Assembly (NCBI GenBank): GCA_048013815.1
Contig: CM106586.1
Location: 12,028,001 to 12,092,000, forward strand
DNA: 64,000 nt
DNA from: Setoptus koraiensis
Taxonomy: Eukaryota; Animalia; Arthropoda
Direction: 5' to 3'
Every line of letters starts with the position of its first letter. Position 1 is the first letter of the stretch. Below are positions 13,010-22,607 of the stretch, piece after piece. The notes below the pieces were generated by a model. That model had not been told where the DNA came from. It searched no databases and saw only the letters and a program-made list of their open reading frames with translations. The translations under genes were made by a program, and so were the position numbers.

Positions 13010-13833
13010 CTGATGATGGGCTTGAACAATTGCCAAACAAAGCGTATGAAATTTGTTGGGTGGACTAGAAATAAGGCTTTGAGGTTTTTCTTGTATTTTC
13101 TATCGAAGGCTCTGTAGGCTTGATATAGAAAATTTAGTTTTGGTTTGTTTGAAGAATTGAGGCCATAATGGAAATAGACTACACAATAATCATTTTCAAC
13201 ATATTGGTTCAATGTGTACATGATGTAACGCAATAAACGATGATGATGTATTTTCTTATCTGAGGGCAAACGACAAGCGTAAATAGTTATGATACGCCGC
13301 CCAAATAAATCATCGCCTGCCACCTCAACAGTTCCATGTTGCGATATATCACTAAAATCTTCGTCTTGCATTGGAGTTTGACGTAACGCCTTGGCTAACT
13401 CATCTTGGCTTTCATCTGCCTGTTGGAATATATTTGATCTGAATGCTTCTTCAAAGTTTTCCTCTAATAAATCATTTGGTGAATCTAAATAAGGTGAACT
13501 AGTAGACGAGGAACCATCGCCGCTTATTAAATCAGTCTGGCCATTGTCAATATATAGATGTTCTATCTCTTCGGCAATCTCTTGTTTTAATTCTGAGTCA
13601 TCAAATTCCAAATTTGGCTCATAATCTAAACTCTGCAAATTTTGTTCATCCGAATGATAGCCATGACTGTCCATAATCGGGTGCCTAGCTAACATTCCAC
13701 CTTGGTGATGATTTTGTGTGGCGGTGGTTGTTGTTGCTGTTGTGCTAGCATTGTTATTTTCTTTTGGATTTTTATCAAAACTGTTATTGTTGTTGTTCAA
13801 TTTAACAACTTTATCACATCTAGACTTATCCAT
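13010..13833 (-). CDS. ARHGAP1: ARHGAP1 exon 1: acidic N-terminus and BCH (Sec14-like) domain; full protein about 569 aa
   Basis: [27 protein letters not shown] and [17 protein letters not shown]. Donor AG|GTGAGT at 13010/13009. Confidence 0.92.
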
Positions 13834-15278
13834 AATAGAGCGGTGTTGTTAATCTTGTTCTTGTTTTATCTTGTTGACTATATAGTGGAAAATTTAAATT
13901 TCAGAGGCCACAATAATTTAGCTAATAATTACAGACAATTATTGACCATTGGACGGATGGATTGATATCTTTTTAAGAGCACAGGTGACAATACAATTAA
14001 CGATCCTGTTGCACGTAAGCATATGTTGGTGTTGTTGTTGTTGGATCGAAGTGAGCTGATGTGTGTATCATTTCGTTGCCAATATTTGCGAACAAGAAGT
14101 GACGAGGCAATAGAAGGTGCCTTATAGTTCATATCATGTCGCACAATGCCGAATCATATTTTATAACAATAATAATATTTGATGATAATAATATTATGTG
14201 ATAATAATAATACCAATGGCAATGGTAATAATAACAGTGGTGCTCATACCAGTATTGCAATGCCGTGAGATGCTTCTGAATTTCGGCTATTATCCGATGT
14301 CACAGTATTTGTGTTGTTGTTTTCTCATTTGCCTCTGTGTGTGTGTGTGTTTTTTTGTAATAAAGCCGAACCAAAGCAGACCGATGAAACCCGAGTTGGA
14401 TGTTGAAGAGAGGCCCTATGATGGCTGTTGTGACACTTGTTGTTGTGGTGTTGATATTCAATTATATATTGCATAAGAGTTGGCTGGTTCAATGTTAATT
14501 GATATGGTTATTATTTTGAACTTATAAGTGCTGGTGGACAGCAACAACATGCCGATTGATTAATATCAAGACGATTCCAGTGATTACCACAATATAATGT
14601 TATGAATAGGGTGTTGTTATGCCAATAAGTTGCCTTCTTGGCAGCTTACTATCATTATGTTCGTTGTCTTGCTTTAGACAAATACAGGCTTTTGGCTCGT
14701 TGGACCAGCAGGTGGAAGAATATTGCTATTGGACATGGAGATAGCAATGTTGGCTGCAAAAATTAAGCCACAACTTGACAATAAACTCAATCTATGACTA
14801 ATGATGGCTTGACGACAATGTTACACTGTGGACAATTAGTTAGCGCTTGAGTATCCCAATATGAGATAGGAAATTCACTAGTTGTGATGATTGTTACACT
14901 AGTATGTAGACATGTTTCAACCAACAACGAATAGCCAATGGACTGACATGATAACAAGAATTGAATGAACTAGCAACAAACTAACAAACACGGGACATGA
15001 TCAACCAAGCAAGCTCAAAAATATACGCTAGACACCTCCTTCTTCTATTCACATTGTTATGTTGCGATGAATATAATATTCTAATGCTACGACTACCATG
15101 AATCCAACAACTACCACTAACAACAACAGCAAATCCATTCGGCCAGAACACTCTTGATTACCTGGGCTCACCTAGCCCAAACAGATAGGAAAATAATTCT
15201 AGCAGAGTGACTGTGAACTTTCACCATCACATTGTGCGAGGGCTGGTCGTCGTTGTCGTCGTCGTCGCACAGGTGACG

Positions 15279-15280
<2 letters not shown>

Positions 15281-15338
<58 letters not shown>
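15281..15338 (+). repeat. (AC)29 microsatellite
   Basis: Perfect dinucleotide run read directly. Confidence 0.95.
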
Positions 15339-15339
<1 letters not shown>

Positions 15340-15582
15340 ATGCGCCTATAAACTGGCTTTTTTACACTTAAGAGACATAGAATAACGACGACAACAATAA
15401 CAACAGCCACAACGACGACGACAACTGCGAAAACAACAACGGCAAGAGTAGGCCAACTTTTCCTACTTCTTCTCCAGAAAATTCGGGCGGACCTATTATG
15501 TCAATAAACTTGCAGTATAGATAGCTATCGCTAATAAGAGTTACGACACACACGGACACAGTTGTCATGGATACATGCTACC

Positions 15583-16980
15583 TTAACAGTGATAGTGCCT
15601 TGATAAACAAGAAGTCCATTCTTGCTTATCGGCAAAATTTAATGATGCTCTTTTTCTTTTTTCCCACAAACTGACTAAGTTATCAGGATCTATATCATGT
15701 ACGGCGATCCTAGTTGAATTAAGTAAATGCAGAGGATTCTCTAGTAATTCCTCAACTGGGGACATGAATTCATCATTATGCGTTGCCTTGATGTTTAATT
15801 TATAAGCAATCAAACCAATGTAGACATCATCGAATTTGAACGATTTTGTAAAATAGGATGTGTAATAGAAATGAGCCATGGTTTTTTTAGATAATAACGT
15901 TGCACCACCACTAACAAATGGAGGGAATTTGTTATAGGGGTAATCTGTGTAAGGTAGATACCATTTGCTAGTGAGATGCCTTAGGGGCTCCACATAAAAT
16001 CTTACGAATCCTGCCCATAGATAATTATTTGAGGCATGTCGCAATAGTTGAATAGTGTTGTTGTTGTTGGTATCACTATTGTCGGTTTTGTCATATTGAA
16101 CGATGGTAACATTTCTAATATAGTTGAGCAAATTTCCTGTTTCCAAAAAGTAATCATCATCTAAGGCCAAAATAAAGTCTGCTTGACGGCATCTATCATT
16201 GATCCAGCGCATAGTTGTGTAAGTTTTCAAAGTGTTGTTGTAATACATGTCAACAAAGGAACCCTGTATAATGTCACCAGTTTTGTCTGACTCTAGTTTG
16301 ATGTGGCGCAAACAATCATCAGTGGACCACGAGTGTCCCAAATCACGAGGTACATAGTTTCTTTCGTGACAATTGCCAACAACAAACACGGTCCGAATGG
16401 AAAATTCATCTAACATTCCATTGATGTACCACGATTGCCTTATTGCTTGTCGCCTGATATAGTTGTTGACTGCGCTCTTGACAACAATTAGCAGCCTGAT
16501 GGGTTCCTGGTCATGCCACTGCTGGTTGTCTCTGGTATCGGTAGCTTTGACTGTTCGGCTGCCGCGGTTCCGACTTATCCGACTGGCCGGGTTTGAAACG
16601 CCCTGGTGCTGGCGTTGCTGCGATAGTTGATGTTGGGGCCAAGTGAGTTCGCATGATTGTTTGAGGTCAATTAGAATATCAATATCTTCAAATTGCTTGA
16701 GTGGTTTAACATCGGTAAATTTGTTGATGGTGCTCACTATTGATGAATAATTAACAATGTAGTCTCTACCACTATTATCATCATGATGATGTCTATCTAT
16801 TCGGTCTATGAGAATTTTAATGTTCTCTATTTCCAACGGGTATGTGTATTCGGTGAAATCAATCTCGTATAGTAATGTTATAACTCCTGCTATGTACAAT
16901 ATCAATCCTAAGATCACAGTTAATGAACATAGTAAATATTTGAAGCGCCTATGAAACAGAATGTGAGACAATTTCATCAT
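15583..16980 (-). CDS. Beta-1,3-glycosyltransferase family GT31 (brainiac/B3GALT-like), 465 aa, intronless
   Basis: N-terminal signal anchor; LLIVVKSAVNNYIRRQAIRQSW; DIIQGSFVDMYYNNTLKT; DDDY motif; YNKFPPFVSGGA; FDDVYIG. Confidence 0.93.
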   Translation of the reverse strand: MMKLSHILFHRRFKYLLCSLTVILGLILYIAGVITLLYEIDFTEYTYPLEIENIKILIDRIDRHHHDDNSGRDYIVNYSSIVSTINKFTDVKPLKQFEDIDILIDLKQSCELTWPQHQLSQQRQHQGVSNPASRISRNRGSRTVKATDTRDNQQWHDQEPIRLLIVVKSAVNNYIRRQAIRQSWYINGMLDEFSIRTVFVVGNCHERNYVPRDLGHSWSTDDCLRHIKLESDKTGDIIQGSFVDMYYNNTLKTYTTMRWINDRCRQADFILALDDDYFLETGNLLNYIRNVTIVQYDKTDNSDTNNNNTIQLLRHASNNYLWAGFVRFYVEPLRHLTSKWYLPYTDYPYNKFPPFVSGGATLLSKKTMAHFYYTSYFTKSFKFDDVYIGLIAYKLNIKATHNDEFMSPVEELLENPLHLLNSTRIAVHDIDPDNLVSLWEKRKRASLNFADKQEWTSCLSRHYHC

Positions 16981-17664
16981 TTTAATTTACATTTATTATT
17001 ATTAATTCGTTAGGATAAAATATTATATTATTCATAGTGCAGAGATGCACTATACCACCCTAATAAAACAACAGTGTGCTATGCACTCATAGGAAAACTG
17101 CTGATCATGCACCCTGTTCGAAATGCGCGACAAAATAGCACATTACGCCCTAGATGCTACCGTGATATGGTGCCATCCATTCGTCCCCTCAAAGATAGAC
17201 AAACACTACACCAATTCGGATTATTAAATTTGCATAAAATCAGAGAATCTACCTGGACCGTATAAATACCAAGAAATAATTTAGGAGATGGATACAGAGA
17301 GATGTACCACATGTGGAATTTTGGAGAAAGTTGAGAATGCGGCAGCAACATAAAAAATAATAATAATTACTGCGCTACTTCCTGCCTGATCGAACATCGT
17401 TTCGCGCAGTAATATTTGGAAGATGACATTTTTTAAGCCAACTAAAACTATATAAACTTGGCGCCATTGTTGATCGATATTAATGCGCAGGCGCGATATT
17501 TATGGGATTCACGAGCGCAAGTACGTTTGATTGAGTCTCTGAGGATAATCATTGTTGACACCATCATTGCTATTATTACGACTCGAAACAATCACCAACC
17601 ATCAAAACCCCAGCATTTGAATTTTATTATTTGCAACAAAATATCTCGTCATCATCTATGAAAA

Positions 17665-19068
17665 ATGTCGACCATGAATCGACCACGGATATCGACGGGC
17701 CGCAGAGGTCGACCCTCCAATAGGATGATAGCTGCCGTTTTGGACAGGCCAGGATCGCAATTTTGCGCTTATTTGCACAGGATCTGTCTGAACAATCGTC
17801 TAGAATGTAGCAAATATTGCATTCAACACATTCTAGATGACAGAACGGCCCCATACAGATTGTGCACATACATACACCCCGTATCAGGAAAACGGTGTTA
17901 TAACGCCGCTCATAAAGTTGTGAGAAAAGAGTCACCATTATGTTCGCAACATCAACAACAACTGCAACAACAATTGGCCCAATCGCGTGCCGCCATAGTT
18001 AGTGGACCAAATTTATCTACAGCTCCTCCAAGCCAAGATGATCAGATAAGGAAGCATTTGGAAGATCTCAGCCACTACTGTTCCACTACTCATCCAGGTA
18101 ACAATTTAACATCCAATTCATTTTGGCACCATCAACCCGATAAATCGGCGAAGGCAAGCATCAAGCTACGAAGACTTATTTCAGATCATGTGCATTCAAG
18201 AGATGAGGATCTTGCCTTGCATCAATTGTCTTCCATGGAGGAGATGGCTGCTCGTCATCACGATGCTGATTCAGACACTGAGTCGGTGGACCACAATCAT
18301 GACATATTCAAACATGCCATGGTCTACACTGATGAAGAAGTCACCAGGATATTGAGAGAGAAACTCACTAAACTACGTGCTCTATATGTGGAACAATACA
18401 GGCACATTCAATATTTACTTAAAGAGAAACGTCTCAAATTTATTCAGGCGCAGCGTAACGAGATCGAAACTATGGGAAGTGAAAATTGTCTAATACAGAA
18501 CACAAACAATTTGTATGATAAGAAAGAGTACTCCAAACTGAGAGCCATGCTAAGATATCACAGGCACTTCGGGAGGCATGCCCTTTTACAAGAGAAAGCT
18601 AAAGAGCTCAAACAGAAGAATCTTGGTTCAAAGGTGTCTACATCTAACATAAGCAAAATCTCCACTACTAACCCTCCGACTCCCACTCCATCTAACACAT
18701 CACTACAAGCACCAACCAACACACCATCTGCTACAACGTCGTTCTTCGACGCGTCCGAAACCCTGGAGAATCACTTGCAAAGTAACATTTGTATATTTTC
18801 CAAGAACGCGGATTCATGTACCAGTCGGTCTCTACCCTTGTCACCTTATTGCCGTGAACACATATTGTACGATAGGAATCAAGTTTTATTTAGACCCTGC
18901 GCTGCGGGTAACCCCCCATGTTTGACGCCTGTTATGTCCTACAGGAGGCGTAACACATGTCCACTACATGCTAGCTTTTACTGTGAGACCACGGTGAACG
19001 GCACTCAGGAGGTCAATGATATCAAATCAGAGGAGCTCGCTCCTCTTGAACTGAATGTATTATCTTAA
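17665..19068 (+). CDS. KANSL2: KAT8 regulatory NSL complex subunit 2, 467 aa, intronless
   Basis: C3Hc3H-type Zn fingers at both ends (CAYLHRICLNNRLECSKYCIQHILDDRTAPYRLC; CTSRSLPLSPYCREHILYDRNQVLFRPC). Central HAMVYTDEEV...LYVEQYRHIQYLLKEKR. Confidence 0.9.
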   Translation: MSTMNRPRISTGRRGRPSNRMIAAVLDRPGSQFCAYLHRICLNNRLECSKYCIQHILDDRTAPYRLCTYIHPVSGKRCYNAAHKVVRKESPLCSQHQQQLQQQLAQSRAAIVSGPNLSTAPPSQDDQIRKHLEDLSHYCSTTHPGNNLTSNSFWHHQPDKSAKASIKLRRLISDHVHSRDEDLALHQLSSMEEMAARHHDADSDTESVDHNHDIFKHAMVYTDEEVTRILREKLTKLRALYVEQYRHIQYLLKEKRLKFIQAQRNEIETMGSENCLIQNTNNLYDKKEYSKLRAMLRYHRHFGRHALLQEKAKELKQKNLGSKVSTSNISKISTTNPPTPTPSNTSLQAPTNTPSATTSFFDASETLENHLQSNICIFSKNADSCTSRSLPLSPYCREHILYDRNQVLFRPCAAGNPPCLTPVMSYRRRNTCPLHASFYCETTVNGTQEVNDIKSEELAPLELNVLS

Positions 19069-20000
19069 TACTTGCATAAAGTTGCATCAATCTGTTCCAG
19101 GCTGGGCGCTAGCATCATCAACTTCTTGCGGTACATCACATCACTTTGAATGGGGTTGCGTTCAAGATATATTGTCTTCAACTTCTTCATGAATTTAATT
19201 ATTTCAACATCTTGCCAGTTCGAGATTTTATTGTCGTTGAGCCATAGATCCTCAATTTCCGTGAGGTGTTTAATATTTTCGATTTTGGTTATCTTATTCT
19301 CAGCCAAATCTAAGGTTGCCAATTTTGTATTTTCCTCCAGGTTTTCAATTTTCGACACCCCGTTGTGACTCAAATAAAGATGAGCTAATTGCTTATTTTC
19401 AGAAAGGTTCTCTATGTTTAGAACTCGATTACTTTGAATACTCAGGAGATCGAGGTTCTTCAAATGCGAGATATTTTCCAGCCGAGAAATTTTGTTCTTT
19501 CCCAAGAATAACTGTTTGAGTTCGGTAAGATGATCCAAGTTTTCTATTTTACGGATTCTATTGCCGCCCAGTTCAAGCATCTCCAGATGAACTAAGGTGT
19601 CTAGGTTTTCGATTTTTTCTATCCTATTGTTTACCAAAAAAAGCTTTTTCAGATTCACCAGAGTTTCCAAGTTCTCTATTTTCTGAATCCTGTTGAATGA
19701 AAGATCCAAAATCTCCAAATTGATGAGAGAGCCTAGATTTGTAATCGACGTAATTTGATTATCATACAGTTCCAACTCCCGCAAAGTAGACAATGTGTCT
19801 AAATTCTGAATAACTTTAATGAAATTATTCCTGAAACATAGTCTCTCCAATTTTTTGAGGTGATCCAATACGCCAATCTCGGGTAACCTGGAATGGCTCA
19901 AGTCAACATCAGTTTGATCAGGGTCTATCGAGGCGAAATCGAAGGCTTCTTCCTCGTTGTTGTCGCCGCTGTTGTCACCAGTGTTGTCATCTTGAGACAT
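19065..20000 (-). CDS. PPP1R7: Protein phosphatase 1 regulatory subunit 7 (sds22), 311 aa, intronless
   Basis: Tandem sds22-like LRRs (LRELELYDNQI, LEILDLSFNRI, LFLGKNKI) and an LRR cap IYLERNPI...YRKKLMMLAPSLEQIDATLC. Confidence 0.96.
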   Translation of the reverse strand: MSQDDNTGDNSGDNNEEEAFDFASIDPDQTDVDLSHSRLPEIGVLDHLKKLERLCFRNNFIKVIQNLDTLSTLRELELYDNQITSITNLGSLINLEILDLSFNRIQKIENLETLVNLKKLFLVNNRIEKIENLDTLVHLEMLELGGNRIRKIENLDHLTELKQLFLGKNKISRLENISHLKNLDLLSIQSNRVLNIENLSENKQLAHLYLSHNGVSKIENLEENTKLATLDLAENKITKIENIKHLTEIEDLWLNDNKISNWQDVEIIKFMKKLKTIYLERNPIQSDVMYRKKLMMLAPSLEQIDATLCKY

Positions 20001-20621
20001 CGCGATTATTTTGGACAGGACACTGTTGATGTTGAAATGTTATTATGTAAATTTCTTAATGTTCCTGAAATACAATGCAAATGGATATTCATGCTGCTCT
20101 GCATTGATTTTGCAGCAAAGCTATAGAGAGCTGTGTGTGGTGTGATGCAATTTGAGGGCATAAAGTGGGCGTTCACGGATAACTCATCATGCTCATAGGG
20201 GTATTTTAATTTTCGCTAAAACCACAGAGATATTAGGTTTTTTTTCTGCATTTATATATTTATTTTCATTCTTTATAATCTCCCAGCCGTCAAAGATATT
20301 TCACAGTGGGAATAAAGGCTCTGAAAAGTAGATAGAGAGTATCGGACGAAAAAATAATGCGAGCGCCCAAACACGCCCAATAGGGCACTACCTTAACCGT
20401 GATACGCCGTTTGTTAAAATAAACAACAAAACAACAAAAAAGAAAACAAAACATTTTCGGGCTACACGCAATATACCTAATAAATGAATGTGTGTATGCA
20501 ATATTGCACAATCACATTCTCGAAAGACGAAAACAGTAAATTTAATTACATTTACGAATTGTTAAAACTAACAATCTAATTGTTTTTAATCACATTGTAT
20601 TTATTGAGCGTCAAGATAAGA

Positions 20622-22442
20622 ATGAATCAGACCAACCAAGAAAACAGAAAGGATCGCGTCGAGGATCCGCCGTCAACCTCCCGAGAATACAAGCTTAAGT
20701 ATACATCGAAAGATGGTACCTATTTTAGCCAATTGTACAACAAACCGCTGGTAACTACATTGAATAGCTTTAGTCAGGTAGCAAATCTTGTTAGAAATCC
20801 ATATGAACTAATCAACAATGTGGACGAATTTGTCAAACAGCATGCAGCCAGTCATTCTGGCAGGCCAACAATCAACTCCCAAAATACAACGTCTCACTGT
20901 ACAAAGCCCTGCACTACTCAACCTAAAAGCTTCATTGCTGGCGATGTTGCACTCGCACAAGACAGAGAATTGGACGAATTTACCGGAGGTAGATTTCATC
21001 CATCAAAACAAAATAATGATATTGTTGATCATCCGATTCCTCCACCCGCTCTACCTCGGATAGAATGCACAAACAAGCAGCGCCGACTATCTCCATTGAC
21101 AACCAAAGAATTTATTGAATCGTTTCAAAACAATCCAAATAGCGACGTTGAGGCGCTAATCGAGCGCATATTCCGTGGAAGTATGGACTCCAACCTATTG
21201 CGATCCGTTCTATGGCCTGTGTTATTTAATCTTGTTGAACATTGCGATTCTATAGTTGAGGTGGACGGCGCCCATCAAATCATCGAGGATGAACGAAATA
21301 TCGAACGCTGGTCACAATTAAAAAACAAATTTGACATCTATCACAACCAATGGAGATCTATACTACCAGAGCAAGAGTCTAGATTTTCAACATTCAGAGA
21401 AAGAAAATCGCTCATAGAGCGTGATGTTATTAGATGCGACCGCTTGCACCCATTCTATGTGACAGATCCAAATCATTTAGATGCTCTCACAACAATGCTG
21501 ATGACATATATGATGTATGACTTTGACATCGGTTATGTGCAAGGCATGTCAGATCTTGCAGCACCAATTTTATACGTTTTCAATGGAAATTTAACTAAGG
21601 CATTCTGGGTCTTTGCAAGTGTCATGAAGTTATTTCGGCGAAATTTTGAATTGAGCCAGAAAACCATTCATTTCCAATTGGCAAGTCTGTTTAAGTTGAT
21701 CAAGTTGACGGATCCTTGCTTCGCTGAATACCTAACTCAGCAAGAGTCGTCGAATTGCTTTTTCGCCTTCAGATGTATTGTATGTCAATTTAAACGCGAA
21801 CTTATGAAAGAAGATGAGGATGAATATTCTAAGGTTTTATTTTTGTGGGACACAATATGGTGCGCCCAACGGATTGCCGATCTTAAAAAGAAAAGGGAAG
21901 AAAGCAACGTGAAGGATGCTGAAGCGGCCCACCTTGGTCATGTTCTCGAGAATGTTTGCAAGGCAAACTCCAAAATCACTAATGAAAGTTGTCCAGAGGA
22001 TGGTGGGAAGGATCAGGAAACTGATAGCCATGTCAAGATAGAGAAGCCGAAGGAAAAACCGATTGAAAAGTTTTCCAGGCAAGCATTCTACGCTTCTTTT
22101 GATCCAAACCAGGCAGATTTGCCTAGATTCACACTATCCGAAACTGAGAAATTCGTCTTGTCCTTGTGTTTATCCCTCATAAGACGAGAAAGAGATCGTA
22201 TAATGGCTTGTAGACTGGATGCAACCGAGATTCTGCAGCATTTCATCGATCCGAAGTTGAGTGAGGATCTGGACAATTTTATAGAGCATGCAACTAACAT
22301 ATACTCTTACCTACTAAATGATTTAGATATTGATAAGTTGATGTTGGAGGATGAGGTGACAAGTATCCCTAATTGTAACGCAGACGAAGGGTACGATTTG
22401 TTGAACGATTATCTTATTATTGGTGCAGCGACCGGGGATTAG
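20622..22442 (+). CDS. TBC-domain Rab GAP, TBC1D15/17-like, about 606 aa, intronless
   Basis: IERDVIRCDR (Arg finger), GYVQGMSDL (Gln finger) and FAFRCIVCQFKREL. The track start at 20580 is not ATG; the first ATG is at 20622. Confidence 0.88.
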   Translation: MNQTNQENRKDRVEDPPSTSREYKLKYTSKDGTYFSQLYNKPLVTTLNSFSQVANLVRNPYELINNVDEFVKQHAASHSGRPTINSQNTTSHCTKPCTTQPKSFIAGDVALAQDRELDEFTGGRFHPSKQNNDIVDHPIPPPALPRIECTNKQRRLSPLTTKEFIESFQNNPNSDVEALIERIFRGSMDSNLLRSVLWPVLFNLVEHCDSIVEVDGAHQIIEDERNIERWSQLKNKFDIYHNQWRSILPEQESRFSTFRERKSLIERDVIRCDRLHPFYVTDPNHLDALTTMLMTYMMYDFDIGYVQGMSDLAAPILYVFNGNLTKAFWVFASVMKLFRRNFELSQKTIHFQLASLFKLIKLTDPCFAEYLTQQESSNCFFAFRCIVCQFKRELMKEDEDEYSKVLFLWDTIWCAQRIADLKKKREESNVKDAEAAHLGHVLENVCKANSKITNESCPEDGGKDQETDSHVKIEKPKEKPIEKFSRQAFYASFDPNQADLPRFTLSETEKFVLSLCLSLIRRERDRIMACRLDATEILQHFIDPKLSEDLDNFIEHATNIYSYLLNDLDIDKLMLEDEVTSIPNCNADEGYDLLNDYLIIGAATGD

Positions 22443-22607
22443 ATACAATGTAGCGCTGCATAGTGCATTAAACCCAATCGAAATGTTGTTTAATTGACGC
22501 GCAATGAAAGAAATGAAGTTTCGATGATAGATCGATGATGAACGTGATCTGTTATCAGAGATCAGTAATAAACACAAAAAAAGAATTTATGGATTAGACC
22601 CTTTATT

